Source of the DNA: the human T2T-CHM13v2.0 reference genome, Homo sapiens
Direction: 5' to 3' (one strand)
Length of the DNA stretch: 64,000 nucleotides
Assembly: GCF_009914755.1 (NCBI RefSeq)
Contig: NC_060929.1
Shown here in pieces: positions 11,416 to 24,644 of this stretch; positions within the stretch are counted from its first letter, which is position 1, and the number at the start of each line of letters is the position of its first letter. Below the pieces are notes generated by a model. The model was not told where the DNA came from and made no database searches. It saw nothing but the letters and a program-made list of their open reading frames with translations. Made by a program: the position numbers and the translations under genes.

Positions 11416-12112
11416 AAGCCCTTGTAAGATGCACTGATCTAGCTCCTCTATTGTGAAAGATGTATTATTTTTCTCACCTACGTCTCTCAGTAAACTCCAG
11501 TTCCAGCTTCTAATCACACCAACATGACTTTTTTCACGGGCTGATCAGAAAATGATGGCTGACAGATCCTGACAGGTAAAGTACAATGGCCTTTACCGCG
11601 GCATTGCTATGGGCAATGGAGACGATTTCAAGGTCTCAGCTTCTTGTGTATTAAGACTTTAGTTTTAGCTTCTGAGTTGAAATGTCTCATGCCTCTTCCT
11701 TCCTATGGGCTTTAAGCTCTGGCAGGTAACATGGCACAGGCCTTGCCTGGGCTGGGAGGTGCCTGAGTTTCTTCTGAGTATCTAAAATATGCCCACCAGG
11801 CCACTTGGCAACTTTGGCTCACCTTGACCCCTAGGTTTGTGGGTGCTTACTGGCTCATTATCTTGACTGACCTTGACCATGTGTTGCTAACTGTCATTGG
11901 AGTATCCACTGTAAGCTCTTTTCCCCCTTTTCTCACCTGCCAAACCTACTAATTCCTAAGATGAGAAGTTCTCACTAAAATATATTCTTCTGTTCTGATA
12001 ATTTCTACCAATTAGATGGAAGCTACTTCTTCCTTAACTTGTAATTTTGTTTCTTTATCTACTGGCCCTTTCTAAAGAGCAGGGTTCTAGCAGATAGCTT
12101 CCAGGAAAATCA

Positions 12113-12252
12113 TGACAGTGGAAAGAACCCTAGACTGAGGATCTAGGGCTCCAGGCTGAATAAAGAATAACTTCTCTGGTCAACTCTAAAACGAGTGGCT
12201 TAGTAGACATTATCTGTAAGGTTCCTTTACAGAGCTAAAGTTCTATGAATCT
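12113..12252 (+). mobile_element. MIR3/MIRc fragment
   Basis: AGTGGAAAGAACCCTAGACT...ATCTGTAAGGTTCCTTT..AGCTAAAGTTCTATGA. Confidence 0.6.
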
Positions 12253-12749
12253 CTTATTTTTTAAAAAAACTCTCTTTTACCTCCTTCCACTCTATTCCTT
12301 TTCTACCTAAACATTTAAAAGATACTCTGAACAGAAGATGGGTTTAGACACATGTACCCATGATTTCATCTCATAGAAATATATCAGAGAAGACTATAAA
12401 GCCTCAGAAACCTAAAGGAACAAATGGGACTTGCTGCCCGCCAACTTTCCTCATGGGAAAAAGGCATTTTCTTTTAGAGAGAAACATCTCTCAAGGCACT
12501 ATGGTTAAAAAAAAAATAGGCTCCACTTTCTCATAAGGATATTATCATATATAATTTTCCCTAAGAATAAGAGGTAATAGAGAAATAAACCTTTTGAAAG
12601 TAGTCTCTTGTTTTAACTTTAACATATATAATCTATACATTTAGTCACTCACTTTTTTCTGAGTATTTACCTATCATAACCATGTAATTAATTCTTCTTA
12701 TCTAATTTGTATTTTTAATAATAATTGTGACTATAATAATTCAGCATCG

Positions 12750-13130
12750 TGTGACTGAAACTGCACACCTGGGAGTCACCCTGGACTCCTTCCTTTCCTT
12801 GCCCACACATTCATTCCATCACCAAATCCTGAACATTCAAACTCTGTAACAGACCTCGAACCATGTACTTCTCTGCTGTTCTTCTCCAGGGCCTAACCAT
12901 CTCTTGCTTATACTTTTTAATAGCCTTGTGGTGGCCTCCTTGCACTCTGGCTATTCTCCAATCTCCTCTCCAGAGAGTAAACAGAGCTGTCTTTTCAAAT
13001 CCATAAACCTGGCTGTGCCACTCCCCAGGGAACCCTTCAATGTCATGTCAATGGCTTTTGAATTAAACCCAAATTTCTTCCTTGGCCTTCAAGGCATACA
13101 TGATTTAATTCCTGCCTTCCTTTCCATCAT
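12750..13130 (+). mobile_element. L2 fragment
   Basis: CCTGGGAGTCACCCTGGACTCCTTCCTTTCC..CCATCACCAAATCCTG..CTTGGCCTTCAAGGC. Confidence 0.75.
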
Positions 13131-13429
13131 TAACTAGTTATGTGAGATTGAGAAAGTTATAGGACCTCTCTTTACAGTATAAATTTCATGCTATAAAATG
13201 CCACTAAGAAGCAGATCTTGCCTATAAAGTGCTTAAGATAGCTCTTGGTACATAGCAAGCGCTCAATGAGTGTTAACTATTTGAAAATTTAATAGTCAAT
13301 ACAGACAGAGCATTCGCTCTGTGTGTAACACTAAGCTAGGCACTTCAAAAAAACTAATGAAGCCTTTCTAAAACTTCTCTCAACCTTTGTCTTTTTCTCA
13401 TCACTATATCAACAAGGAGACTCCTAGTA

Positions 13430-14100
13430 ACTATATGAAGTCTTGCACTTGGGGTCAAAGATCAATAGTACCAAAAATGGCTTAGGGCATTTTCACAGTT
13501 AGTGTGAAAAGATCTTAAGGATTTTAGGTGAATGGCAAGTAGCTAAGAGCACAGTGGCTTCCACACCACATCTGTCAATGCACTTCATAAAAAAAAAAAA
13601 AAGAAAGAAAGAAATCTTAGACCATGATGTTACTTATATATACAACAAGAGAAGTAACATGTTACATTGGTCAGATAATATTTGGTTTTATTCTAGGTAC
13701 CATATCTTAACAGGGACATTAATGACCAATTTAAGGCAAGTAGGGAGGTAAGGGGCCTGCAAAGAATGTTATATATGAAAGTTAAGGGACCTGGGTAATT
13801 ACCCTTGAGAAGAAAAGATCTGGAAGAGTAGATAGACAAGATATTTCAAATATTTGAAAAATCTTTTTACAGACAACACATTCTACATGTTTTAATGAGC
13901 AGGGCTGGACCCAAAGCACAGAAATCACAAGAAGGAAGACTTCCATTCTCATTATTAGAACTATCCAAAAATGAGGGGAAAATACTTGGGAGAGGAGCAA
14001 ATGGCTCTTCACAGGGAAAGTTTTACGTACAGGCTGAATGATCACCCTTTTAGAACCATGTGAAAAGAATTTCCTTTTGGATAGAAGCACAGACTAGATA
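13430..14100 (+). mobile_element. L3/CR1 LINE remnant (RT C-terminal part and 3' end)
   Basis: GTCTTGCACTTGGGG (VLHLG), GAAAAGATCTTAAGGATTTTAG (EKDLGVL-like), AAGGGACCTGGG..CTTGAGAAGAAAAGA, TTCAAATATTTGAA: CR1 motifs in the expected order. Confidence 0.72.
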
Positions 14101-14320
14101 AGAGCAGCTAACATTTACTAAGCACTTAATGATATGCTAGGAGCTTTACAAAATTATTCATTTAATCCTCACAACAACTCCAAGAAATAGATACTCCCAT
14201 TTTACTGATGAGGAAATTGATAGGTTAAGTGACTTGCCCACTGTCCAACAGGAAGTAGCTGAAACAGGAGCGAAATCCAAGCTGCTTGGTTCCTGAGTTC
14301 GACTATTAGTTTACGTTCTA
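14100..14320 (-). mobile_element. MIR SINE
   Basis: AGCTAACATTTACTAAGCACTT..ATTTAATCCTCACAACAAC..CCCATTTTACTGATGAGGAAA..GGTTAAGTGACTTGCCC. Confidence 0.88.
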
Positions 14321-15189
14321 CATGACTTCTAAACCAGATGATTTGTGAATGCCCCCCACCTCGTAATTTCCATGTTTCCATCTCACATAACTTTCTGCAG
14401 TCACTTTGTTGACTGCTGTCCCATATGCCTTTAATTTCCTGTTACTAAGATTTGTCAGAAAAGAAAGTTTTTCTGAACAGATGAAAGTGTACGATTTCCT
14501 GGAAATGTACAGCAATTCACATGAAAGGGAGAGGGTTGTTGAAGAAGGGGAACATTAGCCTAGGCAAACCCTCCAAGAAAAAGACAGAAGTCCCTGCAAC
14601 CAGAGAGGACCCTATAGGAGACCTCTCTGCTCATTTAGAAAGCAAATTTCCGGGATCACTTTAGATATACAATTATTTTAAATATACAATATTTGATCCC
14701 TATTTAACAAAGGGATCTCAGAGAAAATAAAAATATATAGTAATCTTTACAAATATCTTCTTGCCATTAGACTAAAAAAGTTTAATTGGAAGTTATTAAC
14801 ACTGTGAATATTCTGAATATAGAATAATCATTATATAATATTCCCCATAAAGACAGAGTTTGTAAAATAAAATGTTTTGGAATAATTTGAGATACATATA
14901 AATATGGGGTAGATAAATGAGGTAATGGCAAAAAGCAGAACGTCCCACAGAATGTACAAATATGCCATTCCGTTAGAAACTTTTGGGTACAGTACTCCAC
15001 TCAGATGTCTCATATGGTCTCATCTGGCACAATTTTGCAGTGATAGTAAAAAATACAATTTGCTCACTTAGAACATGTTTTAGAGCTGGGTGAGATATAA
15101 TTTCCCTAAATTGAATATTTGGGAACCAATTTACAACCTCAAATCTGCTATTAACCTCAAAATAGGTAATTGAAAGTTTGTGTCTAAAT

Positions 15190-15560
15190 CCGTTTGTCAT
15201 AATAGAGCAAATTAAGAATCACATGATGGACGTGATTAATGTGTGACAGTTATCATGAACACCATGAGCACGAACTAATAACAACATCACAGAGAGATTC
15301 CAAATGTGATGCAGCCATGAAGGCAAAACTAATTTTCAAATTATAATAGCAACATCCAAGAAAGCTAATGTTTTCTTTGTGTGACAGTCATGGCTGGGCA
15401 TCTGGACGATGGCCTGCCACTAATGTCCTAATAAATGGCAGGCACACACTAGAAAGGCTGTCATCATGTGGTGAGCTGAGCACAGTTGCTGCTGCCATTG
15501 TCATAATGGACTGGCTAGGCAGGAGGTCACAGGGTGCTGGAAAAAAGTAAGTCTCATTAC
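15190..15560. promoter_or_regulatory. Candidate developmental enhancer (PBX-HOX/MEIS motif cluster)
   Basis: TGATTAAT next to TGACAG, further TGACAG/CTGTCA/TTGTCA sites, unique non-repeat sequence. Confidence 0.35.
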
Positions 15561-15924
15561 TGGCTCAGTCTCAGGGTTCGATGTGCCTGAGAGTTCTGAT
15601 GCACATGGCATAAACACATTTTCAATGCATATGGGTAATATGTCTGCTTAATTTTGGTCTTATGCAATATTTCTTCCCTATTTTCTGCTGAGAGAATATC
15701 AGAAGACTTGAAAAGTACTTGTAATTTAGTAATTTAGTGTCACAACAATTAAAACGTTTTATTTATGTGTAGAGCTTACTTTCAGCAACCGTCACATTGG
15801 CATTCAGATAAAAAACTGCCAGTGCATTCTGGCAGAACAGGTGCTTAGCTGATGGCACTTGATAACTGGGGGAAGCACATACTCTGGCAGGGCCTAGTGG
15901 GCCTGGTGCTGCAATGCACCTACC

Positions 15925-16215
15925 CTGCTAGACTGAATGCCATGAGGTGAGGGAGAAAGTCTTTTTTATCTTGACGTACCTGGCACTGAGCATGGTGCCC
16001 TGAGCAGATGGCCAAGAAATCAAGGGCAGTATATGAGAGAGCTAAGCAAATGGATCTAACTCTGGCTTTGCCATCTACTAGCCTAGGTAATCCCAGGCAA
16101 TGATGTCAGCTCTCTGTCTCAAGTTCTCTCTCCAAGAATGAAAACAAGTTGTTGTGAGGATTAAATAGTGTATTAAAGCATTTAGTACATAATTGTGCTA
16201 AAAATGGCAGTTTAT
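15925..16215 (+). mobile_element. L2 3' end followed by MIR
   Basis: CTAGACTGAATGCCATGAGG (L2), then CTCTGGCTTTGCCATCTACTAGC..GTTGTTGTGAGGATTAAAT (MIR). Confidence 0.65.
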
Positions 16216-17525
16216 TGCATCAAATACATTTTCATAGATCAACAGTAGCAACAAAAATTCTCTGCACAGCACCTGTGAGATGGGTGCAAACAACCTTTAC
16301 TTGTACAAAACCAGTTTTAAAAAAGCAAAACTCTAATTGGCTTTTCAAAGCTTTTTCTCACAACTGTCTAAAAGAAAGCTGTCCCAAAACAGTAAATTCT
16401 CATAAGAATAAATGATAATCTGAATATTTCTTGCCATATATAAGCTCAATTAATTTCTGAAAATTTTGACTATTTTAACACTTGCAGAACATCGACAATA
16501 GGAAAACACAAGCATTAAAAAAAAAACTCCTTTAGTCAATTGTGCAAGTAGGCACATATATGCCAATTTATGTGCAGAAACATAAAATAAATAACTGATG
16601 GCTCCTCTCTTTCAAATATTTTTACATTTACTCTTTGTATTCTTCTGTAATGATCCTTCTATGGTTTATTTCCCTTGACAGAATAGAAACTGAATTTTTT
16701 TGTATCACTAATAGTCTTGAAATTAAAGTGGATGTATTAGGTGCTGGCAATTTTCTACATCTGCCTCCACTATAACTGAAACTATTTCAGTATCATCTTT
16801 AGGGATAAAGTTTACTTGTTATTTGCAGACTTCAGTCACAGAGTTGGTTAGAAATGATGAGTATTTTAATATAATTGTTTCTTATTAAAGGGTCAAATCT
16901 TAAAGAAAGTATTGTTAGGTCTTCGTGGAACTGTTTGAATTACAGGTTCTCTGATGTATGTTACATTTTGAACGCACAAATGTGATTGTCTTATTTTAAT
17001 ATACCATCAAAAAGCTCAGATAACCCAATGACGTTTTCAGTGGTTACATTTCAAATATTGGCATGGTTCCAAAATGTAGACCTGGAGTAAGTAATCAGAG
17101 ATTGAAGCAAGGCTAGCTGAACTATTCAAACGGCATAAATGGCATGTTGAAATATTCACACATTCAGATTAAACTATACAGTGTACATGAATATAGTTTG
17201 GACTAAGGAAGTCCAGCTTTTCTTAGAATAGGTAATAAGTTAATTTGACTTTCCTGATGCATAATATATAAATATTCAATCCAAATAACTAGGGGGAAAT
17301 CTATATCTATATAATTTACATTCAAAACTACAGTATTCCTCAAGGCTCAGTCCTCCTCCATTACTCCCACCAAATATTCCTCCCCTCTCACAGGTCAGAT
17401 GTACTTTTGTAGATTCAGCTATTGCTTTTGAGTGGAGAACTCTGAAATGTTTATTTCCAGCATGTTAAAGGTACAAGGAATTTCAAGACTCTTGTTTCAT
17501 ACTTTAAAAAAAAAAGGCAGATGTA

Positions 17526-17857
<332 letters not shown>

Positions 17858-17979
17858 CTAAATTTACCCATCTAGTTGGTGTAAGGAAAGGAACTAGAAC
17901 ACAGGTCTCCAAAACTCCAGTTATGTGCTGCTCTCTATCATACAATACTGCTTCCCTTTCTAGCTTTGGTATCTCATTT

Positions 17980-18452
17980 GTTCTCTTGTATATCTGCCTT
18001 CTTACTAGACTTCACACTTCAAATGTCCAAAAGCAAAGTCTTCACCTTCTCTTGCAAGCCAGTTCCCATGACATCTTTCTTCACTAATGATGTCTCACTC
18101 TCTAGGTAATCCCTGCATGAAATCGTAAGATCATCTTTGACTCCTTCCTTTTTACCTTCTAAATATAATCAATAAGTCTTTGGTATAGCGAGTACATTGA
18201 AATTATATCCATCTTTCAAGAACAAGTGCAAATGCCAGCTCTTCAATGAAACCCTGCAAAGTAATTAATTCATGTTAATTTCTCTTTCCTCTAAAATCAT
18301 ACATCATTGATTGAATCCACCAATTATTTTGATACTTAATCATATATCTTACTGTGTCACTAATGACTAAACTCTAAATTGTTTTGTATTTCTCATAAGA
18401 CCTAGATAAGTTTATGATTAGTAGGTACTCAATAAATTCTCACTGTGTTGAA
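17980..18452 (+). mobile_element. L2 fragments ending at the L2 3' terminus
   Basis: ATCATCTTTGACTCCTTCC..; AGTAGGTACTCAATAAAT..GTTGAAT. Confidence 0.6.
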
Positions 18453-20626
18453 TCACATTTCTTTATAACTTGTTATTGGCTGACATATCTCTAAAACATG
18501 AATAAAATGCTTGCAAATATTTTTGATAGTTTTGAATATTAAAACCATAGAAACTGAGTTCTGAATAAATATTCCTCTTAAAAGAACATTTTATTTAATA
18601 TACTAATTCCAAGTGAGAAGAAAGAAAGTATGAGAAAAGTTATGCACAAAATAAAATGGATATAAAATAACCATCAAGTATTATGTACATTACCAAAATG
18701 GGGCCATTTAAATAAATACTTTTCCTGACATTTACCTATTCAAATCACACAAAAATAATTTAAAATAGCAATGACTTTAAAAGACCAGTGATATCTCATT
18801 AGGAAAGAGCAGTTCAGAAAGCAGGCTGAATCATGCAGTGAACCACAGTCAGTGGGCCTGTAGGCCATGGAAGGAGCACTGTTACAGAGTGCAAGGGACC
18901 TCAAAAGGAAACACTCTCCTTTAAGAAATCATTAGTAGGCAAAGACAGCTGATTTTAATTGTTCAGACTGGTACACAGGAGGAATGACAATCTCCAAAGT
19001 AGAGAATTCTTTTTAAAAACCCTCCTAATTAGTCCAAGAAGTTGACATACCATGGCATATTCATGAGTCTACAGGAGAGGAAACAGATTTTAAAAGGAGA
19101 GATGAATGAAAAGACAGCAGATGGAAAGAAAGTGGTTTTGATCACAGATGACTATAAATGAAGGACAATTGAGATAAATTAATATTAGAAAAGTTAGAAC
19201 AAAATTAATAAATATAAAAAGCAGAAGATAAATGGAAGAAGGTTATAGGAAATTCCTATCTATAAAATGAGGCTTAAGAACTATAGGTTGCAAAATTTCT
19301 ATTTTGATATTAAACATGCTCATAAAGCCAGAGATTTACTTCCAAAGCCACCCAGGAAATTCAATCTTGTTAATTTACTGACACCCCGTAGATGTTAAGA
19401 ATGGAATATGTAAAGCACTTTGAAAATTGACTGTCTTAAGTTTTACCCAACTTCAAGGAAAGAAAATGATCAGTTTTAATTATAAAACAATTTCTTAGAA
19501 AAATAAAATGCTAAAAGCTAGTAAACTAGAAAGGATGACATCTTTTATTTCTTGATTTTTTAAAAAATTACAAGAAATAATAGAATAATTTTTATAAATA
19601 AATTAACATTAACTAGGAGTAAGTACTAGGCCAAAGGACCATAAATTCAACACACATCACAAAATAGTTCTTTCTCTCACCTAAATAGCTCTTAGTCTTA
19701 ACAAAAAAAAATTAGAGTGTCTAACGTGAGTAGCATAAGTTTGAGATTTTTTAAAAACAAAAAAACTAAGAAAGATTACTTTTTAAAAACCAATAACTAA
19801 GAAACATCAGAAAGATGCTTCACTTTACCACAAAGTGATCTGAAACCCTCTTTAATGTTGATTTTGCAATCACAGTAGAGGCAGCTCAGAGCTATTGCAG
19901 TGCGCTGTGACAAGAGCCTCCAAAGGAGATGAATGAGATCATCCTATTGATAAGGTCGCAATCGATCTGAAGCAGACCTTTTTCAAATTAGCAAAATGTT
20001 ACAGCACTTTAGTAAGTGTCACCAACAGCCCTTCTCCATGAAAAATGCACTGGCTTATGGAAAAACTAATTTTGTAAACTAAAAATTTGTCTCATAACAA
20101 AAAAGTGTTGCTACACCTATTTTTCCTCCAAATGCTCAGAGACAGAGATTCTCAAGGTAGCCTGCTTTTATATCTGGTTTCAGAATAGCCCACCTCTCAA
20201 ACATCTCTTAAAATAAGTTGTGTCTACTAATTAATATCATGTCTATGGCTAAAAGTGTCAAGAGAAAGGTTCCTCAAAATACTAATAGATATCAATCTCA
20301 AATAAATTCTGATCCCATGAAAATAAAAACATCTTTAGCGTTACTTGCTAAAAAATCAATTACCTCAAAACCAATTACCTCTAATTCATCTGAAGAAAGC
20401 AAAACTAACCCTTCAGCTTTCTTGGGAGGAAGAAAGTGGACACAGAAGGAATCTTATCAATGGCAAAGGGGTTGTCATAAAACCATCAAAAACATAATCA
20501 TTGTGTAGTAAAAGTCAATTTCTTTTTCCTTCAAGTGAAAATTATTATGGAAACTTCTAGATATACACACACACACAATGGATGAATGTATAGATAATAG
20601 AAATAATTTTATTAATATCTTTAGAA

Positions 20627-20773
20627 AGTGATTCTCAAAATGGAAATCTGCTTCAGAATTACCTTGCACTTGTTAAAACCTCAGATTCCTGAGATCTCTG
20701 CGGGTATGTTAAGGAACCTGCAATTTTACTATGTTCCAAGGTGTTTATTTTGCACGAGGTTTCAGAACCACTG
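20627..20773. mobile_element. MER5A-like MITE
   Basis: AGTGATTCTCAAA...AGAATTACCT..CTTGTTAAAAC...TTTCAGAACCACTG terminal inverted repeats. Confidence 0.7.
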
Positions 20774-20809
20774 CTATAGAAAAACTTGGCTTGCCACTTC
20801 ACTTGTATA

Positions 20810-21060
20810 CAAGATGGTGCTGGTAACATGGAGCTTGCTTTCTAAAAGTGTAAGGCGTAGTGATCAGAGTTCAGATACACCAGAGGCACCAACTCCAGTT
20901 TTTCCCTTTATAATCTAACTTTGGGCAAGTTACTTAAACTCTGAGATTTAGGTTTCTCATCTGAAAGTATTTTAATATCTCATAGAGATGTTTTAGGGAT
21001 TAAAGAAAATTTACGTTAAGAGTCTGACACACAGGAGGCTTTCAAAAATAGTATAATTAG
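20810..21060 (+). mobile_element. MIR SINE
   Basis: ACTTTGGGCAAGTTACTTAAACTCTGAG..GTTTCTCATCTG. Confidence 0.75.
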
Positions 21061-23440
21061 TTCAATCCCCACAGTGACAATTAACTTGTTCTGCAGCTGG
21101 TCCACAGAATGTACCTCAGAACAGCAGCCAATAAAAGAAACTGACTACTCTGGGGTGGTGTGCTCCTAACTCCCCAAGACAAGCTGATTTCAAGAAATAT
21201 TGAAAATTTGTACTACTATTTCATAAAATTAATTTTCAGTGGGTGGGCAGAAGAGAGAATACTTACTGGACAGCTTAGGAAAAAACTAAGAGAAGCACCA
21301 AAAAGAACTTGCTTCAAAATAAAGACAAATTTTTGAGTTTTCTCAGTGCTCAACTCTAGGCACTGATAGTGTTGAGATGGCAGCAAGTGAATTAGCATCG
21401 ATTTCACATTTAAAATTAGGATGTAATTTGCCACCTTCAGTACTGTGAGGTTGACTCCTTTAATTTGAGATTTACATGGCTTCACTGCTTTACTTAATAT
21501 AGTCACTTCCTGATTATTCCTTTCTTTCTTTTGTGGTTTCTCAACCTTTCGGTGTCACTGATTAAGATTCCTTATACCAGAAGTATATAGCTGACAGGAC
21601 AAAGGGCCCCAGCTTTGTAAGTAATCCAGGTGAGGATAATAGGGACAGAGACCCAGGAAGAGTGGGTGTAAACGACATCTGGTTCCACCGACTGTTCACT
21701 ATACTCAGCCAATTAGTGTGATGAGGAAGTAACATGCTAATAAACAGTTCTAACACTGGAATGGAGAAAAAGGAAACAAGATTTTTTCCCATTGGTTAGA
21801 GAAAACTGGCTCCAGGTCTAATTATAAAAAAAAAATCACTCACAAGAAGAGAAGCTTTAATTCTTATTTAGAATACACAGTTAGAAATATATTATTTAAA
21901 AAGGACTACACTCAAAAATGATGTTAGTGAACAGAGAGTTGACATCATCTTTCAGATCTCCATACAAATTTTAACTCATTGATGACATATGCGTTCTAAA
22001 TTTGCAGCACATACTATTTTTCCAACTAAAACACCTATACAGTTCTGCGCTCACATCACCTCAGATTTAACCTAAATTGGTTTGCACGCCCAAACACTGC
22101 ACAAACACATACTGACATACACACATAGAAAAAGTAAGCACTTTCAACTGTACTTTGACTGCCTAGGCCATAATTTGTACATATTTAAAATATAATTGTG
22201 GTAGAAACTTCCTAGTGATTCAGTTGGATTGAGGAAGAAAACAAAAATGCTGAAAAATGAATCTCCATTTTCCATGTTCACAGAGCAGTTTTAAGATGAC
22301 CTGGTCAATTCTGTGGGGAGCAGACATCAACACAGGCAAAGTATCCTTAAACAGCAGTCTCTGGCCGAAGCATTCTGTGCAGGGAGTGAGGCCCAGTGTC
22401 CAAGTAATACATCGTTAATTGTTGACACGGCAGAGAAAAGGTCTAAGTTGAAATAGTTCAATGGCCATGTAATACAGGTGAACAGCGCGATTATTTCCCT
22501 TATGATTATGAGTCAACTTTGGTACACAGAAATGGAGTAGCTTGAAAAAAAAAAAAGAAACATGAGTAAAAAGAAAAGGAGAAAAGATAGCCCAGGTTCT
22601 GTCTTTATTTATTTATTTATTTTTTGGTGGCTGTTTAGAGCACGTGAAGATATAAAACTGCTTCTTTATTTTTTCATAGGTTTAAATATCTCTTTTCCCT
22701 TTATGGCCATCAATGTTCCCCCATTTTAGTTCTAATTTTTTAGTTTAGTTTATGGACTAATATAAAATCTTTAATCTCAGAACTAAACATGTACTATATG
22801 GACCTCAGAGTAATCTGCACTGCAGCCAGCTAGAAAATTTGAGAATCAACATCTCATATAGTTTTTCCTACTTCCTTCTGAAAAGAAAGAAAAGCTTAAA
22901 TTATCTTTCCTTCTATAGTTTGCCAGCCAGAGGGTAACTTGTCCTTAAAAAGCACTGAAACATAGATGACTTAGCTGTTTAATCTATAGATAGCTCTTAT
23001 GTGCTCCTCTGTCCTGCGGCCTCACTTCGTCAAGCAATGGTGCAAGAGCTGTCAAGTGAACATGTATATAGGTGCTCCTGGCATGCCCCTAAAACAACAG
23101 TTTCTTCTTCCAGTCCCTGCCTTTTCCCAGATAATGTGGCTGCCAGCTAATACCTGTGACCCATTTTTCATGTATTAGGCAGACCTGTGCTTTCTCAGAA
23201 ATATCTAAGTTAAAAGAATTACATTCGAAATTAAATGGAAAATAATCCTGTCATAATGCTGAGAAGAAAATAATGGAAAAATTACATCATGTTCTAAATT
23301 GTATATAGATCACTCATTTTCTTAAAATAAATTCTGGCATATTAGAGTTTAAAATGTCAAGTATGGTCAAGGTTCTGTGGAAACTAGTGAAGAATTGAAG
23401 ATCAGGTGCGTTAGCATCAGGAAGTGACTTGAATCATGTG

Positions 23441-23454
23441 GTCTCCATGGTAAC
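23441..23454. promoter_or_regulatory. Consensus RFX X-box (candidate site)
   Basis: GTCTCCATGGTAAC fits GTHNYY-AT-RRNAAC; ETS CAGGAAGTG at 23418-23426. Confidence 0.35.
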
Positions 23455-23784
23455 AGCCTTGGTGCTTACATCAGAGGGCCTTCTCTTACACGCACCACAC
23501 GCCATGATATTTCTGATGAGTGCTTGGGCCATGGAATTGTTCTCCTCATAGGTGGGGGCCCTCTGCATTCAGGGCTGGCCATTAACCTTAATTTAGGAAT
23601 GCTGATGGGTGAAATTATCAGTCACAGAGCCCTGGGTCTAGCAGGGTACAAGGAGCACTTTGTGTACAGAGGGGTAGTCAAGAATAATTTAGAAGTACCT
23701 TATATATTTTCAATTTACTTTTGGTAATACAGAAAACTAAAGTGTTTTGAGTCATGGTCATTATTTAACATACAGGGCTGCTAT

Positions 23785-23786
<2 letters not shown>

Positions 23787-23826
<40 letters not shown>
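23787..23826. repeat. (AC)20 microsatellite
   Basis: Pure AC run. Confidence 0.97.
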
Positions 23827-23829
<3 letters not shown>

Positions 23830-24644
23830 CAACACTTTATTATTGAAACATGTTTTATTTCTGTACATATGTTGTGTTGTGCCCCACCTGCCTTCGCCTG
23901 GTTCTAATCAACCTCACGCCCCCTTATGCTCACTCATCAAACTCACCGGTTTATTTGCTTGGTACATTTCAATGGTCACACTGTGAAAAGCATGCTAACC
24001 ACCACATCTTGTTTATATTTTAATAGGAGTGGCTTTTATTACATCCCCAATGCATAAAGTTTTGTCATAATGGTTCTTATAATATGGGGACTAAGTGTGA
24101 CATTTGTTACTAAAAACATTACAGTTTTCAGGTCTTTTCCAACCTGGCCTTGATTGACACAGAATAGGGCTTAAAGAAGTTTGCTGAAGTTGTGGTCAGA
24201 AACAACCTCTGAGCTCTCTGCTTCTTTGAAACTTTGTTTTCTCATCTGTTGAACTAACATAGTCTCACAAAGGCAAGAAAAGCTCTGGGAGGTTTATTCA
24301 GCACTTTGTAATAAAATCCATACTACCTTCAGGGGATGTTTCAGTAGATCTGTTCTCAGTGACTAAAATTAATCTACGTACTTTCCTTCCCACGTGACAC
24401 AGAAGTCCCAGGGCCTTACTCTGTTGTGGAAACTGATATTCAGATTAATCAAGAACAGGAATCATAGGGACAGAAATCCGGAGAACTCTGTGATTACTAT
24501 TGGTTCTCAGTTCCTTTTTATTTTTGCTCCTTTAGTTACCTTGCTTTTCATCTGGACTAAAGCTTACTCATTTATCCACGGTTCTAGGACACAGTTTGTC
24601 CTCAGTAAGTCCCTCAATAGTTACTCATTCATCTACTCTTTCTC

